Under the pieces are notes generated by a model. It was not told the DNA's origin, searched no databases, and saw only the letters and a program-made list of their open reading frames with translations. This document shows, one piece after another, positions 35,592-44,111 of a stretch of DNA of 52,028 bases. This DNA comes from an archaeon (GTDB taxonomy: Archaea; Iainarchaeota; Iainarchaeia; Iainarchaeales; Iainarchaeaceae). The stretch is taken from NCBI GenBank assembly GCA_035289485.1, contig DATDXA010000005.1:1-52028 (forward strand), read 5' to 3'. Each line of letters opens with the position of its first letter. Positions within the stretch are counted from its first letter, which is position 1. The position numbers and the translations under genes were made by a program.

Positions 35592-37397
35592 TTAAGAAGT
35601 GTAATAGTATTCGCCCTTCTTTTTCTGCTCCTGATCAAGCTGGGAATCTAATTTGTTTATTCTGGGCCTTCCGGAAGTGTTATCCCGTCTCATAGTCACA
35701 GACATTTGACTAAGGAACTGATTCATCCCATCATGCATCGAAACAGGCTTTGCAGCAAACCCTTTCACTGAGGGTTCACCATCAAAAACCATGAGTCGGT
35801 CGCTTACATAATCCTGGAACAATATGTCATGGTCAACTACCATGCAGATTTTTTTTCTTGATTCCGCAACAGAGCGGATGGCATCCGCCATATTGAGCCT
35901 GTCCTCGACATCGACAAATGCACTGGGTTCGTCTAGGAGTATTATGTCCGCATCGCTTCTGCTAAGCGCCATCGCCACGGCAACTTTCTGAAGTTCTCCG
36001 CCGCTTAGCTCTTCAAGGGTGTGGTGCTGCAACTCGGTGATTTCAAGGCGCCTATCAACTTCACCCCTGAAAAGGCCCTTATCGATGTGCTGCGCATCAA
36101 CAAAATCCCCAACCAAAGTGCCTTTTTCCGGAACAAGGTACTGCGGCTTGTAAGAAACCCTCAAAGAGAAATCAAGCTTGCCTGAATCCGGTTTTTCTGC
36201 GCCCGCAATGAGCTTTACAAAAGTTGTTTTGCCAATTCCATTTGACCCCAAAATTCCAAGAACTTCGGCTTCGCGCAAATCGCCGCCCTCGACTTCGAGG
36301 GAGAACGAACCAAGCGTTTTTTTCATTGCAGGATAAGTAGCCACTACCTTTTTGCCCTTGTAATCAGTGGAGGGCTTCACTTCGAACTTTAGCTCCTCGC
36401 GCCTGAAGCGCACATTTTCATCGTGCACAAAGCCTTCCAAGAATTCATTGATGCCGTTTCTAACGCTCTTTGGGTTTGAAACAATTCCGTAAACCGACTT
36501 TTTGCCGTAAAGCAAATGTATGTAATCGCTCAAATAATCAAGCACTGCTAGGTCGTGCTCTATTAGCATTACACTCTTGCCCTCTTCTGCAACGGAGCGT
36601 ATCAATTTGGCGCAGTTCAGGCGCTCGCGAACATCCAGATATGAGGTGGGTTCATCGAATGCGTAAAAGCCTGCATCGCGAAGCGCCGCGGCGGCAATTG
36701 CAACGCGCTGCAATTCTCCGCCGCTCAGATTTGAAATGTCCCTGTCAAGGATTTTTTCAAGGTTCAGGGAGGAAATGATTTCATTGAGCTTTTTTCGCTC
36801 GTCCGCCTTTTTGAGAAGATCCTCAACTTTGCCGTTGAAAATCTTTGGAATGCCAGTTATGTTCTGCGGTTTATAGGAAACGCCCAGGGATTTGCTTTTT
36901 AGCGAGGAGAAATATTGCGCAATCTCTCTGCCGCGGAAAAAGTTTGCAACAGAATCGTAATCTCCATTTTTGTTCCAATCCCCAAGATTTGGAATTAGCT
37001 GGCCTGAGAGGATTTTGAGGATTGTTGACTTCCCAATTCCGTTTCGGCCAATGAGCCCTATCACTTCGCCTTTCTTTACTGTAGGGAGGCGATAGAACCT
37101 GAATGCATTCTCCCCGAACCTGTGCACTGGAGGCTCTTTTAGCTCCTGCACCAAGTTCTCAATGTAAATGCAATCAACAGGGCACTTTAGCACACAAATA
37201 TTACAGCCAATGCAGAGCTCTTCACTAATTATCGGGACCCTTATTTTGGCCTCTTTTCCGGAAGAGCCGATTTCCTCTTCAGGAAGCGTGATGCACTCTT
37301 TTCCTGCGCGGTTCACGGGGCAGACATTGCCACAAATGTAGTTGCACCCCTCGCCATTGATGCAGCGGCCCTGCTCTAAAACTGCTACTCGCGTCAT
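35592..37397 (-). CDS. abce1: ABCE1 / RNase L inhibitor-type ribosome recycling ATPase
   Basis: N-terminal 4Fe-4S Cys clusters (CIGCNICVLKCP), two ABC cassettes (GRNGIGKST, GSNGIGKTT, LSGGELQ twice). Confidence 0.95.
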   Translation of the reverse strand: MTRVAVLEQGRCINGEGCNYICGNVCPVNRAGKECITLPEEEIGSSGKEAKIRVPIISEELCIGCNICVLKCPVDCIYIENLVQELKEPPVHRFGENAFRFYRLPTVKKGEVIGLIGRNGIGKSTILKILSGQLIPNLGDWNKNGDYDSVANFFRGREIAQYFSSLKSKSLGVSYKPQNITGIPKIFNGKVEDLLKKADERKKLNEIISSLNLEKILDRDISNLSGGELQRVAIAAAALRDAGFYAFDEPTSYLDVRERLNCAKLIRSVAEEGKSVMLIEHDLAVLDYLSDYIHLLYGKKSVYGIVSNPKSVRNGINEFLEGFVHDENVRFRREELKFEVKPSTDYKGKKVVATYPAMKKTLGSFSLEVEGGDLREAEVLGILGSNGIGKTTFVKLIAGAEKPDSGKLDFSLRVSYKPQYLVPEKGTLVGDFVDAQHIDKGLFRGEVDRRLEITELQHHTLEELSGGELQKVAVAMALSRSDADIILLDEPSAFVDVEDRLNMADAIRSVAESRKKICMVVDHDILFQDYVSDRLMVFDGEPSVKGFAAKPVSMHDGMNQFLSQMSVTMRRDNTSGRPRINKLDSQLDQEQKKKGEYYYTS

Positions 37398-37455
37398 AAG
37401 AAGGAAATTGGCCTCGGGAGGCTTTAAAACCTTATATTTGTATAATGCTCCCTAT

Positions 37456-38496
37456 ATGCAGATAGCCAAAATTGACCGCAAAAACAACTGGTTTGAAATC
37501 ATCCCAGATACCTTTGATGATCTCTGGCACCTTGAAAAGCTCATAGAAGAGGGCGATATTGTAAGCGGAAGCACTGATAGAAAAATCAAGGCAGAGGAAC
37601 AAGGAACAGCGGCACGCAAGGAAAAAATATTTGTAGAAATTGCAGCTCAGAAGGCGATGTTTCATGAGGCCGCAGGCCAGCTGCGTGTGCAAGGAGTTGT
37701 GGTTGCGGCAAAGCCAGAGGAACTAGTTCCCCTAAAGAGCCATCACACAATTGAGGCTGAAATTGGAAAGAAAATACGCGTCACCAAAAAAGCGCTCAAA
37801 AAATTCCATGTGGAACGGCTCGAGAGGGCAAAAGCTGCCACGGGGCGCGAGAAGGTTTTGCTTGTTGTAATGGATGATGAGGCTGCTGACATTGCGGTCC
37901 TCAAAGATACCGGCCTTGAGATGAAAGCTCGCATAAAGGCAGAGCGTGAAGGGAAAATGTTCAAGGCGGAAAAAGGAAAGGCAAACGCCTACTTTGATGA
38001 ACTGCTCTCGAAAATAAGTGAATTGAACTCTAGCAAAATAGTTGTTGCAGGTCCCGGGTTTGAAAGGCAGAACTTTGAGAAATATGCGCGCGAGAAAAGC
38101 CCCAAGCTCAAGATTTTCTTTGAATCCACAAACTCGGTTGGAATTACCGGCCTAAACGAACTTGTGAAGGCCGGAAAAATAGATAAAATAATTGGCGAGC
38201 TTCACTCTGCGGAAGAGGCAAGGGTTATGGAGCGCATACTTGCCGCAATGCCAAATGAAATGGCGGCAGTGGGGCTTAAGGAAGTGAAGGAAGCCGCAGA
38301 TGCTGGAGCCGTGCAGGAGATTGCAATAATTGATTGGATGCTCTCAGAGAAGCGTACTGCTTCTGAGGAACTTTTGGAATCTGCAGAGCGAAGCGGCGCA
38401 AAAATAATTTTTATTGCAAAAAAAAGCGAAGCGGGAAAGCAGCTTGAGGGAATCGGCGGCGTTGCCGCGGTGCTGCGGTACAGGCTGAAATGGTAA
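37456..38496 (+). CDS. pelA: Pelota (Dom34) mRNA surveillance factor
   Basis: MQIAKIDRKNNWFEIIPDTFDDLWHLEKLIEEGDIV Pelota-like N-domain; eRF1-like central and C-terminal domains. Confidence 0.85.
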   Translation: MQIAKIDRKNNWFEIIPDTFDDLWHLEKLIEEGDIVSGSTDRKIKAEEQGTAARKEKIFVEIAAQKAMFHEAAGQLRVQGVVVAAKPEELVPLKSHHTIEAEIGKKIRVTKKALKKFHVERLERAKAATGREKVLLVVMDDEAADIAVLKDTGLEMKARIKAEREGKMFKAEKGKANAYFDELLSKISELNSSKIVVAGPGFERQNFEKYAREKSPKLKIFFESTNSVGITGLNELVKAGKIDKIIGELHSAEEARVMERILAAMPNEMAAVGLKEVKEAADAGAVQEIAIIDWMLSEKRTASEELLESAERSGAKIIFIAKKSEAGKQLEGIGGVAAVLRYRLKW

Positions 38497-38518
38497 ACAG
38501 CAAACAAGATATTTACAA

Positions 38519-39199
38519 TCAGTGCATGAATTTGTGCGCTGCCTGCTTTATTGTGGAATTTAGCTCTTCGAGGTTGGAATTGATTTTCTTCAGGTAATCC
38601 GAAACGGAATCATATTTTTGGTCAAGCTTCCCAAAATTTTGCGCTGTCCCGGCCTTAAAATCAGCCGTTTGTGAAGCGACATTTAATGTATTCTCATTTG
38701 CTTCTTTCCTGAAATCCTTGATTTCTGCGGTCAGCGAGGAAAAATTTTTGTCGGTCTCTTTTCTGAACCCCCTTGTTTCATCAGTGAGGCCGGTAAGTTT
38801 TAGGTCAATGCCTGCAAGAGCCAGCCCACCTATCTCTGTTTTTTCAATCAGCTCCTTTTCACCTGCAGAAAGATTTTCGCTGTAACGTATCCAAAATGCC
38901 CTAAAAGAATCCTTAAGCGGCCTGAAGTTTTTGTGAGAACTGGAAAATTCGGCGATGGAGCTAACGGATGGGGAAAAAATATTTTCACTTCCGCCCCAGA
39001 TATTTATGTTAAGCAAGAAATTCGCCATGATATCAGAGGGTGCCTCTGTATATATTTCAACGGAGCCATCTTCAAGGTTCTGCACAAAGCCCTTCACGCC
39101 AAGCCGCCTTGCAATCTGCCTTACAATAACCCGGTAGCCCACGCCCTGAACATTGCCAGTTACAATCAGCCTTTTTCGCAAGTGCTCCAAATAAACCAC
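38519..39199 (-). CDS. acylphosphatase domain fused to about 130 aa repeat-containing helical C-terminal region
   Basis: VTGNVQGVGYRVIVRQIARRLGVKGFVQNLEDGSVEI; C-terminus has reiterated F(R/K)KE..N(F/T) segments. Confidence 0.75.
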   Translation of the reverse strand: MVYLEHLRKRLIVTGNVQGVGYRVIVRQIARRLGVKGFVQNLEDGSVEIYTEAPSDIMANFLLNINIWGGSENIFSPSVSSIAEFSSSHKNFRPLKDSFRAFWIRYSENLSAGEKELIEKTEIGGLALAGIDLKLTGLTDETRGFRKETDKNFSSLTAEIKDFRKEANENTLNVASQTADFKAGTAQNFGKLDQKYDSVSDYLKKINSNLEELNSTIKQAAHKFMH

Positions 39200-39260
39200 T
39201 AAATTATATTAGCTGCCCGGCATTTAAAATTGTTTGCAGACCTCGATGCCGGTGCGGGCG

Positions 39261-39629
39261 TCATTTCACGCGGTGCTCATACCACTCGATTTTTCTCTGT
39301 TCTACGAGTTCTTTTATCCGCTTCTGCTTTGGCGAGAGCTGGGAACCCGCCGCCTTGAACTCCGCGAAAATGATTTTATCCTCATCGAAGACAATGCCAT
39401 CTATTGGCGTTCCAATAAAGCGGAAATTTGTAGGGTCGAATGGGAATTCCTTTGTGAACGGAATGAACTGCTCTGTTAGCTTGCCGTATTTTACTGATTG
39501 CGAGGCTTTGGAAAACTGCAAATCTCCAAGTGAGCGCTCAAGCGAGGAGACGCGCGAGAGCAAATATAGAACCAGAATCAGGAGCAGAATTGCTGCTGCA
39601 AGCACGATAAAGAATAAAAAATCCGCCAT
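39261..39629 (-). CDS. membrane-anchored Holliday-junction-resolvase-like endonuclease (COG4741-like)
   Basis: TM helix, then YGKLTEQFIPFTKEFPFDPTNFRFIGTPIDGIVFDEDKIIFAEFKAAGSQLSPKQKRIKELV; start uncertain (ATG 39629 or GTG 39671). Confidence 0.55.
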   Translation of the reverse strand: MADFLFFIVLAAAILLLILVLYLLSRVSSLERSLGDLQFSKASQSVKYGKLTEQFIPFTKEFPFDPTNFRFIGTPIDGIVFDEDKIIFAEFKAAGSQLSPKQKRIKELVEQRKIEWYEHRVK

Positions 39630-39690
39630 GAACAGAATTGGCCTAACTAAAATAAAATGGTTCCGTTGCACTTTTTGCGTTTTCGCAATA

Positions 39691-39795
39691 CACTTTTCTT
39701 TTCAGCGAGCGCTTCCTTGCACTCTTGCAGAGTGCGAGGTCTTGCAAACCTTTTGGATTTACCAGGTTCTTTTCGTGTCAACGAAAAGAAAAGGG
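39691..39795 (-). repeat. 105-nt structured repeat, copy 1 (sense orientation on the minus strand, 5' of the nuclease gene)
   Basis: Reverse complement aligns with 45681-45784 (12 mismatches and 1 indel by hand alignment). Confidence 0.85.
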
Positions 39796-39797
39796 CC

Positions 39798-40145
39798 CTA
39801 GTAGTACTTTGTCCCTTCACCTGTAAGTATCACAATCTTGAAATCTGACTTCTTCTCCTTAAGGGCGGCTAGCACTGCCATATGCTCCTTTCCAGAGCCG
39901 CTCACAAGGGAAACAACTATCTCATCGTCCGGAAGCTTGTTTTTTATCTCATCTTTTATGATTTCAAAGCCCGCGCGGTTGTTGACCATAATCCAGTCAC
40001 ATTCCTTTGAAGGGTTGAAGTTCTCCTTCCCCCACTCATTTGAAACAAGCAAAACCTTGTCGAATTTTTCCTCTGCAATGAGGCGCGCAACATGGCCCCA
40101 TGAGCCTTTTCCTATACCCAAAACCGCAATGAGAGTTCTGCCCAA
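39798..40145 (-). CDS. small Rossmann-like alpha/beta protein, unknown function
   Basis: MGRTLIAVLGIGKGSWG... and VVSLVSGSGKEHMAVLAAL; weak resemblance to CARF-type motifs only. Confidence 0.4.
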   Translation of the reverse strand: MGRTLIAVLGIGKGSWGHVARLIAEEKFDKVLLVSNEWGKENFNPSKECDWIMVNNRAGFEIIKDEIKNKLPDDEIVVSLVSGSGKEHMAVLAALKEKKSDFKIVILTGEGTKYY

Positions 40146-40347
40146 AATCCCACCTGCAATATATAGTGTAAATTATGTTTAAAAAAGAGGCACAATTGCC
40201 AAAATAAGGCATTATAAGGTACCTAAAGAATGGTGCGTAAAAATGCCGTGTTTTTGGGTTACATCAAACCAAGGGCTTGATGGATGGCGAACATAAAATT
40301 TGGAGTTTTTTGTTTGCTATAAAAACCCTTTCACAGCAAAACAAATT

Positions 40348-42045
40348 ATGAACGCAAAAGCAAGGCAATTCTCGCGCGAAATCATCAATGCAATTGAAAG
40401 CGGGGAAGTTAAGGATAAGCAGGCGCTTGACAGGCTTAAGCTATCGGAAGGCAAAAAGCTCAGGCTCTCAGAGCTGCCATCAAATCCTGATATACTCATG
40501 CAGGCGCAAAAGCCTTCGCAGGCAGTTGCGGGGCTGCTTTCTATTAAGCCCCTGCGCACGCTCTCAGGTGTTGCGCCGGTTGCCGTAATGACAAAGCCAA
40601 TTAATTGCCCGCATGGAACATGCATCTACTGCCCAGGTGGGCCAAACAGCGTTTTTGGAAACGTTCCGCAATCATACACAGGGCACGAACCGGCAACCAT
40701 GCGCGGAATCAATAACAACTATGATTCATACTTGCAGGCAATGAATAGGATATATCAGTATTTTGCCACAGGGCACAAGCCGGAAAAGCTTGAGCTTATT
40801 GTGATGGGCGGGACATTCCCCGCAACGCCACTATCGTATCAGGAGGAATTTATTTCAGGAGCTTTCCAGGCCGCAAATGACTTTTCCTCAATGTTTTTTG
40901 CGGAAAGCAAATTCGATTCCGGAAAATTCAACAAATTCTTTTCAATGGATGCCGCAGTGCAGAAGGAAAAGCTGCTGCAAATGAAAGAGGAACAGGATGT
41001 TGCAAAGCAGCATGCCCGCAATGAGAATGCCGATATTAGAATTGTTACCATGTGCATTGAAACAAAGCCGGATTGGTGCAAGCAGAAAGAAATTGACGGG
41101 ATGCTAGAGCTTGGGACAACAAGGGTTGAAATTGGAGTGCAGAGCCTTTATGAGGATGTTCTCAAATTCACTCACCGCGGGCACACGCTGCAGGACACGA
41201 TTGAAGCGACTCGGCTTCTCAAGGATTCCGGGTTGAAAGCAACTTATCACATGATGCCAGGGCAGCCGCTTAGCAGCCGCGAAAAGGACATTGACATGTT
41301 TCGCAAGCTTTTTGAAAATCCGGATTATAGGCCGGATGGGCTTAAGATTTACCCGTGCATGGTAATGCCTGGAACTGCGCTTTCAAAACTTTATGAATCT
41401 GGAAAATTCACGCCGCTTGGAACAGAAGAGGCCGCAGAAATAATTGCGGAAGCGAAAAGATATTTTCCGGAATATACGCGCGTGCACAGAATCCAGCGCG
41501 ATATCCCAACCAAATTCTCGCTTGGAGGGATAGACAAGAACAATTTGCGCCAGATTGTAGAGCATAAGCTTGCGAAAAAAGGGCTTTCGTGCAGGTGCAT
41601 AAGGTGCCGCGAATCAGGAATAAATTCTGAGAAGGGAAGGGAAGTTGATTATGATGCGGTTGAACTTGTGGAGCGCAAATATGATGCCAGCGGGGGCGAG
41701 GAAGTTTTCATTTCATATGAGCACAAGAAGAACGATTTGATTTTGGGATTTTGCAGGCTGCGAATGCCCTCTGAGCCGTTTAGGAAAGAATTCACCGCGG
41801 ATACGGCGTGCATACGAGAGCTGCATGTGTTCGGCGCTCAGGTCGGGCTCGGGGACCAGAAAGAAGAGAGTTCGCAGCACCGCGGATTTGGGAAAAAACT
41901 CGTGGAGCGCGCAGAGCAGATTGCGCAAGAGCAATTCGGCGCGCGCAAGATGCTTGTAATAAGCGGAGTGGGAGCACGGGAATATTACTCACAAAAGCTT
42001 GGGTACGCGCGAGATGGCGCGTATATGGGGAAGAAATTGATTTGA
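40348..42045 (+). CDS. elp3: Elp3-type radical SAM/GNAT tRNA carboxymethyluridine synthase
   Basis: CPHGTCIYCPGG radical SAM cluster, C-terminal GNAT (QHRGFGKKLVERAE). Confidence 0.9.
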   Translation: MNAKARQFSREIINAIESGEVKDKQALDRLKLSEGKKLRLSELPSNPDILMQAQKPSQAVAGLLSIKPLRTLSGVAPVAVMTKPINCPHGTCIYCPGGPNSVFGNVPQSYTGHEPATMRGINNNYDSYLQAMNRIYQYFATGHKPEKLELIVMGGTFPATPLSYQEEFISGAFQAANDFSSMFFAESKFDSGKFNKFFSMDAAVQKEKLLQMKEEQDVAKQHARNENADIRIVTMCIETKPDWCKQKEIDGMLELGTTRVEIGVQSLYEDVLKFTHRGHTLQDTIEATRLLKDSGLKATYHMMPGQPLSSREKDIDMFRKLFENPDYRPDGLKIYPCMVMPGTALSKLYESGKFTPLGTEEAAEIIAEAKRYFPEYTRVHRIQRDIPTKFSLGGIDKNNLRQIVEHKLAKKGLSCRCIRCRESGINSEKGREVDYDAVELVERKYDASGGEEVFISYEHKKNDLILGFCRLRMPSEPFRKEFTADTACIRELHVFGAQVGLGDQKEESSQHRGFGKKLVERAEQIAQEQFGARKMLVISGVGAREYYSQKLGYARDGAYMGKKLI

Positions 42046-42051
42046 TGCGCT

Positions 42052-42855
42052 TTAAGGCAGCACCAGGCTCAAAAATGAATCCGCAAGCTGGAACGGAAGA
42101 AGCGTAAATGTGAAAAACGGAAAACCTGAAAGGGGCGAGCCGAACTTTCCTTTTAGTGTCGGGCGCACATTCAGTTCCGAAGCGTAACTTTTCACTATCA
42201 GATTGTCCTCGCCTGCGAATGCCTGGAATGAAAACTGGAATTTTCCAGAAGAGAGAGGAGTGATTACAAGCTCAAGGTCTTGCGAAGTGTTAGGTTTTAT
42301 TTCAACACTTTTTTCCGAAAACCAGTTGCTTGGAAGAGTTGAACCAATCTTCACGCTGAATGGCGCTATTGAGGAGTTCGTTAGCTTTAAATTATAAATT
42401 GCCTTTCCACCAAGAAGCTGAGTCTCTTCGGTTGATTTTCTTGCAAAGGAAACATCGAGAAGATTTCTTTTGACAATTACGCGCACTTCAATTTGTTCTA
42501 AGGATTCTGGCTGGGAACTATTCGAAAGAGAAACCCGCAGCAGATAAATGTTTGGCGGCGCGTTTGTTGGAACTTTTATGCTTGCAACAAGCGAGGGGTC
42601 GGTTTTGTTGATTGAAACGATTTTCCACCCTGCAGGAAGGCTTGATTGCTCGATTGTTATGGAATCCCACTTGTAACCATGGCCTGAATCATTGGAAAAA
42701 CCCAGATTGAAAGCCTGGCCTGGCGAGACAAAACCAGCCTGAACCGATGCACCATCAGATAGGGTTGCATCTGCAGGATATGTCATTGAAACGGAGGCAT
42801 AAGCCGGTGCTGAGAGCAAGAGCATACATGCAAGAAAAAACGAGTATTTGAGCAT
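42052..42855 (-). CDS. secreted beta-rich protein with C-terminal hydrophobic anchor
   Basis: Signal peptide MLKYSFFLACMLLLSAPAYA; Ig-like/CARDB-like repeats suspected; C-terminal FPFFTFTLLPF. Confidence 0.5.
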   Translation of the reverse strand: MLKYSFFLACMLLLSAPAYASVSMTYPADATLSDGASVQAGFVSPGQAFNLGFSNDSGHGYKWDSITIEQSSLPAGWKIVSINKTDPSLVASIKVPTNAPPNIYLLRVSLSNSSQPESLEQIEVRVIVKRNLLDVSFARKSTEETQLLGGKAIYNLKLTNSSIAPFSVKIGSTLPSNWFSEKSVEIKPNTSQDLELVITPLSSGKFQFSFQAFAGEDNLIVKSYASELNVRPTLKGKFGSPLSGFPFFTFTLLPFQLADSFLSLVLP

Positions 42856-42928
42856 TTGACCCCTTAATTAGAGAACAGTGCGGAAAATTAAAAAACAATT
42901 GGTTGAAAGCTCTAAATAGAGGCTTAAA

Positions 42929-43558
42929 ATGCACAAAAAAACCCCTTTAAACACCGGCCCCGAAGGCGGAAATGAAAGCGGCTCACGCTTTAAAATGGTA
43001 AAGAAGCGGCATCGGAAAACGTACGAAACCGCACTTTCACAGGGAAAAGTAGATGAGCAGATGAAAGAGCTGTGCTCTTTTGTCACCGGGACTGAAAACT
43101 ACTTCACTTCGAGCTGCTGCAGCGGGAGAATAATGCTTCTTGAAAAGAGGGGAGATAAGAAAACCGAGAACTTTTTTCACCGCAAATGGCACAGAAACGT
43201 CACAAAAAAAGAGCTCCTTGAAGGATTCTTGGAGAATGTGAGCGGGGAAATGTGGTTCAAGCTGGACCCTTTCATATTGCACATAGGATGCGAAGATATC
43301 GAACACGCAAATGAGATACTCTTTGCAATGAAAAAGTCTGGCGTGAAAAGGGGCGGCATAATGGTTGCAGAGGAAGGAAAAGTTTTAATAGAACTGCAGG
43401 GAACTGAGCAGATGAGTTTTCCTCTAAAGCTTGGAAAAAAAATGCTTGTAAGCGAAGGTTACTTATCTGCAGTGCTGCCAAAAGCAAACAAAATGCTCTC
43501 AAAAAACTACAAAAGGCTTAGTACGCTGTGCGCGGAATTCCAAAAACAACTGAGGTGA
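42929..43558 (+). CDS. taw3: Taw3/TYW3-like tRNA wyosine-derivative methyltransferase
   Basis: YFTSSCCSGRI matches the TYW3 (S/T)xSSCxGR motif; start may be ATG 42995. Confidence 0.65.
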   Translation: MHKKTPLNTGPEGGNESGSRFKMVKKRHRKTYETALSQGKVDEQMKELCSFVTGTENYFTSSCCSGRIMLLEKRGDKKTENFFHRKWHRNVTKKELLEGFLENVSGEMWFKLDPFILHIGCEDIEHANEILFAMKKSGVKRGGIMVAEEGKVLIELQGTEQMSFPLKLGKKMLVSEGYLSAVLPKANKMLSKNYKRLSTLCAEFQKQLR

Positions 43559-43562
43559 TCAT

Positions 43563-44111
43563 GTGAGGCTCTTTGTCGGAATTGAAATCCCAAAGGAAAT
43601 CCGGGAAAAAATTGCGCCTGAACTCTCATTGAAAATCCCGCGAAGGGAATTCAAAATCGTGGAAGAGAAAAACCTGCACATTACTCTCTGCTTTATCGGG
43701 GAAGTGCCGGAAGAAAGCGCGCCTGAAATAAAGAGTCGGCTATCTGAAATAAAATTCGCAAGCTTCCGGGCAAGGCTTGAAGGCGCCGGCTCATTTCCAG
43801 GGCGCGTGCTCTGGCTTGGGCTTTCAGATGGCGCAAAAGAATGCGAAGAACTTGCCGCAAAAACCAGGCACGCACTTGGCGTTCAGGAGGAGAGGCTCCA
43901 TGCACATGTAACGCTTGCAAGGAACAGGCATGCGGAAGATGAGGAATTTGCAAGGGCCGAATCACCCATCAAAAAAATGAAATTTGCAGAAGAATTCGAA
44001 GTGCGCGCTTTTTCGCTGCTGCAATCTCGGCTCTTGCAATCCGGACCTGTTTATGAGGGACTTGCTGTGTTCCCGTCAAGCACTTTCCTTAGCAGAGATT
44101 CGGGGTCGTAA
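43563..44111 (+). CDS. thpR: RNA 2',3'-cyclic phosphodiesterase (ThpR/LigT, 2H family)
   Basis: Two HxTx motifs (HITLCF, HVTLAR); GTG start. Confidence 0.8.
   Translation: MRLFVGIEIPKEIREKIAPELSLKIPRREFKIVEEKNLHITLCFIGEVPEESAPEIKSRLSEIKFASFRARLEGAGSFPGRVLWLGLSDGAKECEELAAKTRHALGVQEERLHAHVTLARNRHAEDEEFARAESPIKKMKFAEEFEVRAFSLLQSRLLQSGPVYEGLAVFPSSTFLSRDSGS

Noticed and set aside
39355-39801. 148-aa ORF (and its counterpart 45719..46096) sharing the peptide PCTLAECE(V/A)LQT
   Set aside because: The shared peptide is just the translation of the conserved 105-nt nucleotide repeat. Both ORFs are otherwise antisense to well-supported genes (the nuclease and cca).
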